DNA from: the human T2T-CHM13v2.0 reference genome, Homo sapiens | DNA: 64,000 bases | NCBI RefSeq assembly: GCF_009914755.1 | Contig: NC_060929.1 | Direction: 5' to 3' (one strand) | Shown here: piece after piece, positions 14,238 through 26,550 of the stretch | Layout: every line of letters starts with the position of its first letter | Position numbering within the stretch: the first letter of the stretch is position 1 | The notes under the pieces: model-generated | What the model saw: only the letters and a program-made list of their open reading frames with translations | Told to the model about the DNA's origin: nothing | Database searches by the model: none | Made by a program: the position numbers and the translations under genes

Positions 14238-15422
14238 ATGTGGAGTTATTTTAAAGGCAGGAATCCTTCGGATGGTGTGAATAGAGTCACCGAAAAGCAG
14301 AAAAGGCCGCAGAAGCTTGACCATTATCTTCCAAAAAGAAGCCATCAATTTTTGAAAATTTGGCTTAAAAAATATCCATGGCTTATATATGATGAGCTAT
14401 TAAATCTTATGTTCTGCGCCTTGTGTCGTAAGCATGGAGTGAAGTCAGGGGGAAGTCAAGTGAATTTTTTTTATGGTACTGACAACTTTAGGACTGAATT
14501 TCTCAATGCACATCATCTCAGCGAGGCTCATGCCAAGGCCTCATTAATGGAAGCAACAAGTAGCTCTCCAGTGAACAGAGCCACCACCAAACTAATGATG
14601 AGGACCATGAGCAAAGTAACCCTCGGGAGAGTAGAGAACTTATTCAGATCATGCCATGCTATTGCCAAGACCGGACGTCCCCTCAAAGATTTTATTTGGA
14701 TGTGCAAATTAGATGATATGAAAGGTGTTGATATTGGCCCAGTATTCAGAACTAAAAAATCAGCAAGAATGTTTACATACTTTATTGCTGAAGTAGAACG
14801 AAAAAATCTAAGAGAGAAATTAGAAAAAAGTAAATTTTTCTCTGTCATCAGTGATGGAATCATAGACAGTTTAATCAAAGAAGCCGAACTTGTCTATGTG
14901 CAGTTTGCACATGCAGGAAAGGTGCACTGTCAAATTGTTGGGGTACAGATAGTAGAAAGAAATGATCCTCTGGCAATAAAAAATGCCATTGAGAAAACTC
15001 TAGAGATAAATCTTCAACTTAGACTGTCGAGCCAAGACTGGGCAAAGAAGCTGGTTGGTTTTGGAAGTGATGGTACCCATAGCATAGAGGGAGAGAACAA
15101 CGAGGTGGCCCTACTATTAAGAGAAATACAACCATGTGTACAAACTGTATATTGCTTTGCACATCACCTTGAACTATCTTACAAAGCGGTGTTCCAGAAC
15201 ATTCCTCTGTACAATGATGTCAAAGACCTCCTTCACAGCATTTATCACTTTTATCACAATTCTCCTCTTCATAAGAGTGCTCTGAGAACTGCTTTCAAAG
15301 GCCTTCACCTTCGACCTGTGATGCCTTCTCAAATAGGAGACAGGAAGTGGCTTCATGGATTACAGGCAGCCCTCCAGAACTTTCTCAAGGGATATCCTGC
15401 AATTGTTCGGCAACTGCACTCA
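14238..15422 (+). CDS. hAT transposase-derived protein exon 1 (ZNF862-like): TTF-type Zn finger, first two catalytic D, CxxH; entered at own ATG 14238 or splice acceptor 14257
   Basis: 395 open codons; motifs WLKKYPWL..FCALC..GTDNF..HHLSEAH, FFSVISDG, LVGFGSDG, CFAHHLEL, RKWL; ends TCA|gtaagt. Confidence 0.88.
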
Positions 15423-15548
15423 GTAAGTAATTTTGAAATATCGTATTATTTTACTTTTTCAGAATCACAGAAAATACTTTCCTTGAGCTCCTTGGAATAA
15501 TAATTTTGGGAAAGATAACCACTATGTTGTTCCCAACCTGTGTTACAG

Positions 15549-15766
15549 GCAGGCAGAGGCAAAAGTGACACCAGTCAAAAGAAACCCAAAGAACTTCTGG
15601 AGTCCCTTCTCCAAGCTGACATTGTTAAATTTGCCCACTTCTTGTTGGATGTCATGAATGTCCTTAGCATTCTGTCCTGTGTCAATAAGAATAGAAATTC
15701 CTCAATTGCTGACATATTTGCCACTTTAGAGTCAATGCTGGAAATGCTCCAAATGTATCAAACAAG
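15549..15766 (+). CDS. hAT transposase-derived protein exon 2 (AGRGKSD...VKFAHFLLDVMNVLSILS...YQTR)
   Basis: tgttacag acceptor, AG|gtgaga donor; 218 nt phase 0/2; F-xx-FLLDV-x-x-L-xxLS helix typical of hAT insertion domain. Confidence 0.85.
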
Positions 15767-15887
15767 GTGAGAGGTTGGGATGATCTGAGGTCTGTCAAAC
15801 TAGACAGTTTGACTTGCGAAATTATCTGCCAGATGTTTCTTCATTTAATTTGTTAGTTGTTATTTGGGTGATTTCTTTTCTCCCCAG

Positions 15888-16096
15888 ACTAGGGCCAAAA
15901 GAACGCATGGTGGATTCAGCCACACACTTTCATGGTAACTGCCTCAGAGGGAAAGAAAACATTTCTGCTGTGAGAAACATTGTTTTAACACATCTTATCA
16001 AGAGACTTCAAGGCTGTTTCAGAGATGCCAGCCAAAATGTGGTGAGGGCTACCGTGATTGGAAGTTTTAAATTGTGGCCCACAAAGATAAATCAAG
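15888..16096 (+). CDS. hAT transposase-derived protein exon 3 (LGPKERMV...LIKRLQGCF...FKLWPTKINQ)
   Basis: ttcttttctccccag acceptor, CAAG|gtaatc donor; 209 nt phase 2/1. Confidence 0.85.
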
Positions 16097-16191
16097 GTAA
16101 TCTATATGTGCTGACTTTGAACCTATTATTCTCCCATGGTCTGTGTGAGTTTCTTTTATATATGTGACTATTTTTGGCATCTTGATTATAG

Positions 16192-16315
16192 AATTTGGAG
16201 AAAAAGAGGTATCCATCCTGACTGCACATTATGAACCAGTATTAGAAGCTGCCAATGTGAAACTTAGTGAAGTGGATACTGAATGGAGCATGTTGAAATT
16301 AGAGATTTATGCCAG
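16192..16315 (+). CDS. hAT transposase-derived protein exon 4 (EFGEKEVSILTAHYEPVL...EWSMLKLEIYAR)
   Basis: cttgattatag acceptor, CAG|gtaagc donor; 124 nt phase 1/2; FG..E...L..HY and EW..LK motifs of ZNF862-like hATs; not in the ORF track. Confidence 0.85.
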
Positions 16316-16415
16316 GTAAGCAAGAAAGCAAGCTGAGGAAAGTGGTGGATATTTATAAATGTTTGGGTAAAACTTGGGAGTCTCAATCTTTTACATTTCT
16401 TCTCCTCCCTCCTAG

Positions 16416-16761
16416 ATTTCAGAACATTCGAAAATTGACCTGGGATTTTGTGAATTCCATTTACTTACACAAGTATCCAAATATCCTGACACTAGTCGAC
16501 CTAGTGTTGACCCTTCCTGCAAGTTCAGCTGAAGCAGAACATGGCTTTAGTCAGATGAAATGGACCAAGTCACATATGCATGCAAAAATCAAGGCTGAAA
16601 GTATGACGGATGTCCTAATTATTCAGTTGAATTCTCCAGACATTAATAATTTTGACCCTAGGAAAGCTATCCATTTATGGAATGCAAGAACACCGTCTTC
16701 AACTGGTGACACAAGATCTAATTCAGATTGCTCATCAAACTCAGAAAATGAAAGTGATTAG
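16416..16761 (+). CDS. hAT transposase-derived protein exon 5: hAT C-terminal dimerization domain with catalytic E, Ser/acidic tail, TAG stop
   Basis: ttctcctccctcctag acceptor, phase 2; YPNILTLVDLVLTLPASSAEAEHGFSQMK...LNSPDINNFDPRKAIHLW resembles the P-S-S-A-x-x-E-R-x-F-S hATC motif. Confidence 0.88.
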
Positions 16762-16820
16762 CAATATGCAAATGTTGACATTTTTGTTGCTTAGCAATGT
16801 AGCTCTTTTGCATAGTAAAA

Positions 16821-16836
16821 AATAAAATAAAATAAA
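16821..16836 (+). terminator. triple overlapping polyA signal for the transposase-derived unit
   Basis: AATAAAATAAAATAAA 60 nt after the TAG at 16759-16761. Confidence 0.65.
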
Positions 16837-18730
16837 TGGTTTCCAGAAGCCTGGAATTTAAAAGTAAAACAGTAACTTCTCTTCACATCAAACAAAAGGC
16901 ATTTGGCTTCTTCCAAACATACAGAGTAAAAAGCCCAAGATTGTTTCTTCTATAGCTTTCTAACTTCACTTATGTATTCCTGTGTTCTTTCACACTCTTT
17001 TGGTGGAGCTGTATGCTGCTACACAATGGTGTTATTTTGATGTCATTTTTTTCAGTTATTCCTAAGGGTGACCAGACTATGATTACGGTCTGAGTTCCCT
17101 TAGGCCTGGCATACAATTCATTATTTTTCCTCAATAATTCTAAGTGATAGTTGCATTAGGTAATTAACTTAGAGTCAAATTGAAAGAGAGCTTCTCTTTT
17201 CATCTGTGAACAAAATTTATAAGTTTATGTAATTATGTTATTGCAACCATATCACTACATGCTTTGGCCATTTAAGTAACAAAGGCAAATATTAAAACAG
17301 TTTTCACATTTCATGCTAAATCCTCAGGTAAACAATTCTTATGTAAACTGTAAGTACTGTCTTATAACACTTTGTTTTGCCCCGTATCCATTAGAGATTG
17401 TGGAAATGTATTGCAGCTTACAAGATTTTTAAAATGCTTTGAGCCTCTTCACGGTTTCAGTGGATTCTATTAATGGCTGTAGCTTGAAGAACATAACTAA
17501 TTTATGTCTGACTTAGCTAAAAACCCACATAGGATCTTATAAACCTCAGTTCACTGAAAATTCTGCTATCTGGGAAAATGCTCTCATGTCTATAAAACTG
17601 GATACTCAGGTTTGATGAAAAAGGATACAGAATGTATTTCTGAACAGCCTGCTGGATGGCCAATTATATCAAAGAAGAAAGGTTTCACTCTTGCTACCCA
17701 GAAAATTACCTTCCAGATCTCAAAATTGTGTATTTGATTCGAAGCACTGAGATTTTAGAAGGATTATTGCATTTCCCTGGAGGTTAGAGGAAATGATAAA
17801 ATTCATGTGGACTTTTAGAAATGCTAAAAACTTTGATGTAAAAAGAAAACCTTGGGATAGTGTGTCTATGTTTCATTCTTTTTATTCCTAAAACAAAGAA
17901 TAGCTATGTACTCTGGACCTGAAAGATCCCTGGATACACATTAGGAGTCTCTCCTTGTTCTAGAAGGTACCTCTTTGTGTTGGTTAGCCAGACATTTTTT
18001 TTTAAAAGCAGATTCATTTATTTTGTTTTCTTATTTATTTCTTAATGCATGTGCATGCAATTTGAAGTGAAAAACAAGGTAGACATCTCTTTTAAATTGA
18101 GTTAAGTAGGTTAGTTCATAAGAGCAAAGATTTTAAAAGGTTAGTAGTCTTTCATGAAATACTTAGGAGTACTGAGCCAATTAGGTGACTAAATTAGCAC
18201 TTTCAATCCAGTAATTTAACAATTCAAATTTCTCTAGATTTACAAAAGCAAATATGGTCTGATCCAAAAGGCAAGATGTGGATAAATGTATTACCTTGAT
18301 TGTAGTGGTGATCTGCATGCATTTGGAACACTTTTATCTAATATTTGCCAAAATATTTTACTCTTGTGCCCTACAGCATGTAGGAAACCTTAAAATCATA
18401 TATATTTTTTTAAAATTTAGCCTATTCTGAGTGAAAAGTCAAAGAAGACTCTAAACTAAAAAGTATACAGTTTTATAATTTTACTCAATCTGGATTTAAT
18501 TATTACTAAGCCAAAAAAGGCATTTTGACTTAGTTGAGAAACAATAATGAGAGAGCATCAGGAAATTATAATTTTTATATTTCCAAAATGTCTTCTGTTT
18601 CTTTAAAACTTACCATTTTATATAATATGAATAAAGAGAGTTTTCAAATACTCATTGCTTCTATTTTAGCAAAAGAAGAGAAAAACCATCACCTAAACCA
18701 AGTGACAAAATATTTTTCATTGTATTATAG

Positions 18731-18837
18731 GCATAATAGGAAATAAAGCATTTACTGACATTCTGATCGATTTGGTGACCCTGAACCTTGGCACAAACAA
18801 CTTTCCTAGTAATTGGATGCACCTTACCCAACCTGAA
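18731..18837 (+). CDS. SPEF2: SPEF2 coding exon (GIIGNKAFTDILIDLVTLNLGTNNFPSNWMHLTQPE)
   Basis: tgtattatag acceptor, GAA|gtaagc donor; 107 nt, phase 1/0. Confidence 0.9.
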
Positions 18838-19549
18838 GTAAGCTTCTATGTTGTTTGAGTTGTAAAGCTTTAAGCATTCTTATTTGATCAATGCATCAAT
18901 AGTTCTAAAATAATGAGTACTTGCATAGTGTCTGACATTTAGTAGGCAATCAATGAAATGTGAGTGAATGAAAAATGAATGAACTTCCAATTAAAACATA
19001 TAATATGCATATGCTCAATATTTGAAGAATAAGTGATGATCTGTCAGTGAAATATTATAGAGACTGTGATGTTCAACCAGTGAGTTTCTATCTAAAATTA
19101 CCAAATGGAATGATCCTAACTAGTAATAGTAGATAATTCTGGTTGTTCTTGCTTTTCATCATAACATTTTCCTTAAGAATGTTCAGAAAACAAAATGCTT
19201 AAAGAGCATTCCCCCATGGGCCACAAAGCCCTTGCACAGGCACAGCTATAATTTTTGTCTCTCTTCTGTTGGAAAGGTGCAAAGTTAACTGGAGTGATGT
19301 GTGTAATTGATGGTATAATGGTAAGCAAAAATCACAAATGTCAAGGAAGCAAAAAATGAAACACTTTCTAGGTGCTTTCTGGTGTGGATGGTTGGTAGAA
19401 TAAAGGAAACAAAAGTCAGAACTGATTCTATGTGCCAGTGAAAAGTCCTACTTCTTTCATGGGAAACTCTCACTATGAAAATATGAGCAAGTAGAGCATC
19501 AAGATAGATTCATGTAGATATTCCAAAGATATTTCCTGTTTTCTTCTAG

Positions 19550-19732
19550 TTACAGGAATTAACATCTTTATTAACAGTCAACTCCGAGTTCGTGGACTGG
19601 CGGAAGTTCCTGTTAGTAACCTCAATGCCTTGGCCCATTCCCTTGGAGGAGGAGCTCCTTGAGACCCTTCAGAAGTTCAAGGCTGTGGATAAGGAGCAGT
19701 TGGGCACCATCACTTTTGAGCAGTATATGCAG
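19550..19732 (+). CDS. SPEF2: SPEF2 coding exon with EF-hand-like loop (LQELTSLL...FKAVDKEQLGTITFEQYMQ)
   Basis: ttttcttctag acceptor, CAG|gttgtt donor; 183 nt = 61 codons; D-x-x-x-x-G-x-I-x-x-x-x EF-hand-like pattern. Confidence 0.9.
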
Positions 19733-20115
19733 GTTGTTACCAGCACCTGATGGCATTGATAACACCAGAACACTTGTGACCTAAGAAGTGAATTACTCAA
19801 TGATGTTACATTGACAGGTCTCAGGCCAGTGCATTGCTTCTCAGCTCCCCATGTCTAGGCACCCAGAGGCAGCACAGGCAGTGTCAAAGCCCCAGCCAGA
19901 AGCCTGGCTTCCATCCCCAGGGAAAAGATCTGAAAAAGTCAGAACTTCCAGGAGAACAAAAGGTTCTGAAAGCAGTTACATAAACTTTATTGTTCTTCTC
20001 CTGAGTTCCTAACCAGTAGTTCTTATCCTTGGCTGTACATTAGAATCATCTGCAAAGCTTTTAATAGGTCCAATGTCCAATACTCTAAGCTCCCAGCGTA
20101 GAAAGAACAGTGGTT

Positions 20116-20118
<3 letters not shown>

Positions 20119-20154
<36 letters not shown>

Positions 20155-20158
20155 ACAC
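20119..20158 (+). repeat. (CA)n microsatellite
   Basis: direct observation. Confidence 0.9.
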
Positions 20159-22093
20159 AGGGAAAGGAGCAGGTTTTTTTTCTTTGGGGTGAGAGGGTGA
20201 TGAATGATGAGATTATTTTTGAGAAGCTGAGTTTGAAATATCTGTGGGAAATGAAGAGAGAAATGTCCAATCTAATATGGCCCATACAGAAGGGATCATG
20301 AGTCAATATCATGTAAGTGGTTATTGAATTTATGAATGTATGAGATCACTCAAGGAAAGTAATGGATAACCCAGTAGGGTATGTAATAGTTGGCCACTGG
20401 ACGTGGCAGGTGGCATGTAACCGGTAACCTGTGCTAGAGAAATTTTGGTGGAATAATAAGTACAGAAGTTAGATGGCAGAGGGTTGAGGACATGAATGGG
20501 TCTTTAGGAAGTGAGGACAAGAAAAGTCAACTGATTTTTTAGAAGTCTGAGTAAGACAAGAGTAAAAACAAAATTTCATAACTGAGAGGGGCCTGAATTA
20601 CTTACTTGATTAATGTCATTATATTGCTCACACCATTTCACATTGCTGGTAGACATGAAATAGGGAAACTTTCAGAAGGAGCTAACTTTGAAACAGAGTA
20701 ATACTTTCCAGGTGCCTGCATCTCACATGAATTTCACCAATCATACCCCTTCCTGTTTCCCTTTTCTTCCTTAATGCATGGCCTCTTTTTTTTTGAGAGA
20801 GCTCTGAGGTTTCCAGGCTCATGGAGTTGAGCCAGAAGGAAAAACACAAACTATGACAAGGCTCTTTCAGGGCTGATCAAGACAGGTGTTCAGTTATTTG
20901 AGCTCTGCTACATTTATTTTCCAAGTAGATTTACAATTTGTTAAGGTGGTTTTGTTTGAAAACAAAAGCAGCAGAGCAAAACTTACTCTGTTTCCATAGC
21001 TGTCTTAAGATTTTTAAAAGTGCGCACTCGTGAAATTACTGACCTTCGCTATTTATTGTATGTGGCAATTAACATAGGATATCAATTTGAACGTCCTTTT
21101 GCACAAACATGAGAAGAACAAAGGGTGTTGGCAATTTTCACCAAAGTGCTGAGCTAAAACCAGAAAACTATTTTACCAAAGGTGTGAGTTTCTTAGAGAA
21201 AGTTGGATGCTGTGTTTAAGAGAAACTCAGCAATACTTCTTTGAACACTACCTGTGTTTTAGGAACAGTTGTTTTCTGAGCTCTGCCCTCTGCCCTTCCG
21301 CCCTCAGGTCCCCCTCCTCTGAAACCCCCATTTGAAAAGGCCCACTTGACCAGCCTGCATGCCTTTCACAGATTGTCAGCACTTGCCAGCTCATTGCCCC
21401 TCCCCCCACAATGTTGTTTCAGTGGAAAAATCAAAATAACTTTAGGTCAAAATTTTATAAGATTTGTCGAAAACGCCCCATTAGGACAGTAAAATAGTAT
21501 GCTTGCATTGCGGAAATGAAGTTCTAATTGGTGTCAGTTATACACTGAGACAGAGGGACGTCATGAATAAGAGGTCACCGAGATCTTGAGTCAGTCATTC
21601 AGTTACTTAACAAAGAGTTTTCTAAAACTAGCAATGTACACCAGCACCATGCAAGTCTCCACAAACAGATAGGACATGAACAGGACATAAGGAATATGAG
21701 CTATTTTTAATGGGGGCACAGACTCCTCCGAAATATGACTAATGCAAGATTAATACAGGGTAGCAGCCTCCAAGCGTCATCACACGATCCAATCGTTAAA
21801 AATAGCCAGCACTCCTAATCTATGGATACTTATTTATAAATTATATACATATACTACAGCACTAATACATTATGAACATAATCAAAGATGTAAAAATAAA
21901 AATTATGTAAGAATGAGATAAAAAGAAATGTAAATGGAAGTTCTAGTATTTTCTCCTACACCCCTGTGGTTTCTGCATCCTACTTGGGAGACAACTGCTC
22001 TAGAGACAAGATTGGCTCAGTCTCTGTGGCTTTTAGAGGAACATCTCAGCAAAATACATACTTTAACAATTTTCATTTTTATTTTTTATGTAG

Positions 22094-22186
22094 GCTGGTC
22101 TGTGGTTTACAGGAGATGAAGATATAAAAATTCCAGAAAATCCTCTTGAACCCCTTCCATTTAATAGGCAGGAGCATCTTATAGAG
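22094..22186 (+). CDS. SPEF2: SPEF2 coding exon (AGLWFTGDEDIKIPENPLEPLPFNRQEHLIE)
   Basis: T-rich tract + tag acceptor, GAG|gtaatg donor; 93 nt, phase 0/0. Confidence 0.9.
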
Positions 22187-22716
22187 GTAATGACTGAGAT
22201 CTTTAAAACATGTGGCATTATAGCACTAATCATTTTCTTTGTGTTTTCTTCCACTTATGTAACTTGGCTGTGGACTGCACCCCTGCCCCTCAATTCCTCT
22301 GCTGCCTCTCCAAAGTGCAGACCTTAAGTTAGCTCACTAAGGAGGCAGTGTAGAGAAGTTCTGGGGAGGAGGCAGGGGCCAGAATCTCAGAGCCTTACTG
22401 TTAACTCTCTATGTGATCCTGGAAAATTCCATGGCCTCTCAGAATTCATCTTCTTCGTCTGTCAAATAAGCTAAGTTTTAACACATTTGTCTCTAAGCTT
22501 CCTTCCAATTCTAAAAGCTTAGGATAAAATTTGTCATTTTACCAATGTCCATTTCTCTTTGATTTTGACTAATACAGCAAGGGTTTGCCTACAGCATTGC
22601 CCATAGCCCATCAGAGCTTGCTGCTCTCACTATTATTATTATCCTCAATAATAGCATCTTATGAGCCTCTATTTCTGAGGCCACAATAAAAAGCCAGACC
22701 TTAAAAATCTCAATGC

Positions 22717-23016
<300 letters not shown>

Positions 23017-23712
23017 TCTCAACGCTACTCTGACCTCAGTAAGACATGAAAAAAACTGAATGGTAGATTTAGACATCACAGTGAACTCTGTATAATGTAT
23101 AGATTGTTCAATTTCTAGCCAGCCATTAGTTCCAAATTGCAGTACAAAATTGAGCAAGATTCCAGTTGCAGCCTTAAATGGAGCAATTTCCTTCAATTGG
23201 ATGCATATTTTTTGAGCACCTCTGCTAGATGCTAGCAGGAGAGCAGGTAAGAGAAAGGGTCAGAGAGTTACCCAAAAGTCCAAGACATAAGGTTGGCAGT
23301 TGCAGGGGCAGTATTTTGTGTGTTGTTGTTTTTAATGTGAAACTGGGGGACTGAAAACCAATTATCCTGGAGCGTTTTGGAATGGTCTGTATATGCTTTT
23401 ATGAACAAATCTGCCATCAACATAAACAGGTTCTTCATTAGTTGGAAGCAACTGGCAGTTTGAATATTATGCCAAGTGAAAAGTACTTTCATTTTCAGCC
23501 AGAAGTTTTTTAGAAATGTCAATCAAAGGCAGAATCTTTGAGCTGCTCACTTGGCAGCAAAACAGAAAAGGACCTTTTAGTACTTTTGGAGCAGGTGGCT
23601 CCCACCTGCTGCTGGAAGATTACAGGGAGGAAAGGAACAAAGTCAGCAGCAGAGGCAGGACTGTGGAGACCGAGCAAAACATGTTGTTATGGAACAAAGA
23701 TGGCTGACGGGT

Positions 23713-23718
<6 letters not shown>

Positions 23719-23765
<47 letters not shown>
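23719..23765 (+). repeat. (GT)n microsatellite
   Basis: direct observation. Confidence 0.92.
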
Positions 23766-23766
<1 letters not shown>

Positions 23767-24274
23767 TGTCCATATGACAGAAAAGGTGAAAGAAGTGGTG
23801 TTTTCCATCCGCCCCATGGGTGTCTCTGAGACTCAATGCTCAGAAGTTACATAAATCTCAATGTTCTTACACTGGGATAAAAGCACAGATTTCACTGTTT
23901 ACAAGCTGTGAGGTATCCATGGCATTACCCAACCTCTCTGCGCCTTGCTTTCTTATCCCTCTCTGGTGGGGCTGTTGTGCAGAGGGAGTTCCTGTGTGTG
24001 GTACTCTTGGAACAGCGATTGGCACATAATAAGTCCTATGTGTCAGTCAACAAGCAAAACAGGTTAACTATACATGGTTAAACAGTGGTTAATGGTTAAC
24101 CTGCTTAAGAAAGGTGGGCAAAGATAAAACGTCAAACAACAAAAGATGTTTGTTTACTTATTTGGCTGTAATTAGAATAAGAAATACCAAATCGGAGAGA
24201 AATGGACACATTAGAAATCCTGGAGGCCAGAAGCCCTGGCTCTGCTCCCAGTGCTGCCAGGACTTGCTGTGGAA

Positions 24275-25312
<1,038 letters not shown>

Positions 25313-25457
25313 TGAGACATTATTTAAATTTTTGTTGGATTTTCCAAATATCGGAAATTATTTTCCCACCTGTTATCTTCATTTATGCCTAGTTAAACCT
25401 GTTCATAGTTGTAAGGGTTTTTGGTAACAAATAACATAGAGGAAATACCCTCTGACT

Positions 25458-25622
25458 CTAGGAACTTGCTTCTCAAAGTATGAGCCAGAACCAGCAACAT
25501 TAAAAGTACCTGGAACCTTGCTAGACATGCAGATCCTTAGAAGGTCCAGCACCATATACTTAACCAGAATTCACATTTTAAAAAGGTTCTCCAGGTCATA
25601 AATATACATTTGAGAAAAGCTA
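25458..25622. mobile_element. MER5A-like hAT-Charlie MITE
   Basis: cttctcaaagtatg..ccagcaacatta..acctggaaccttgctagacatgcagat. Confidence 0.55.
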
Positions 25623-26370
25623 GAAGGTAGCAGTCTCCCCAGACAGGGCTGCTTATGTGCCTGGGTGTGGCCTATGTGTTCCAGGGCTTGGGCCTCTGCT
25701 TTGGAGGGCCCCAGAGGATATTTGACTCCCAGGCACTAACTCCTCATGCTGCCAAATGCACAAGACCCTGTGTCAATGTCAGCTCAGGCATTCAGAGTGA
25801 GAAAATTGCTGATTTGATATTTGGTGTTTAGTATGCTCTCTGCCTGGATGTGAAGTCAACTAGGGTCAGTAGCTTGAGTATGAAGTCCAGAGCAGGTGAA
25901 CCAGTTTAAAGACTTTTTAATGGCTAGAATCCCAGTGGCTTTAGGCATCATTTTCTTTCCCTCCTTTCACTCCCCACAGAGACCGATGGAACAGAAGCCT
26001 CATATTTAGGACCAGGGCCTAGTTTGTCCGGAGAATGCTGAGGACAGATAGATGGGTCCTTGTGCTTGTGGCTCTCTTTTCCTATTTAATGTGCAGTCCC
26101 CCACTACCCTTAATTAGTACAGTATTTCCTAAATATGTTAGTAGCATTAATTAGCACAATATTTCTTTTACAATATTTCAGGGCCCCACTTTTACTGCTT
26201 TTTTTCTTAATATTATTCAGTTCATACCATTCATTATATGTTAGCTTTACTAATTCAATCCTCAGAAGGCAACCTTATTCCAAAGCTCCTGGGGAGATTC
26301 TTCATTGCATGACTAACTACTGACTATGAGAGTGCACCCATTTTATCTTTGGAATTCTTTTTGTGTGCAG

Positions 26371-26550
26371 TTTTTCTTTAGGCTATTTGCTGACTATGAG
26401 AAGGATCCACCCCAGCTTGACTACACACAGATGCTGCTTTACTTTGCTTGCCACCCAGACACCGTGGAAGGAGTCTACAGGGCCCTCAGTGTGGCTGTTG
26501 GAACTCATGTCTTCCAACAAGTCAAAGCTTCCATTCCAAGTGCAGAAAAG
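26371..26550 (+). CDS. SPEF2: SPEF2 coding exon (FFFRLFADYEKDPPQLDYTQMLLYFACHPD...IPSAEK)
   Basis: tttttgtgtgcag acceptor, AAG|gtaatt donor; 180 nt. Confidence 0.92.

Noticed and set aside
14528-14878. 116-aa antisense ORF (also 15174-15356)
   Set aside because: Shadow of the sense transposase frame; no motifs
14217-15500. 427-aa ORF as a complete single-exon gene
   Set aside because: It starts at TTG and its last ~25 residues read through a consensus gtaagt donor at 15423; the hAT homology continues in four downstream exons
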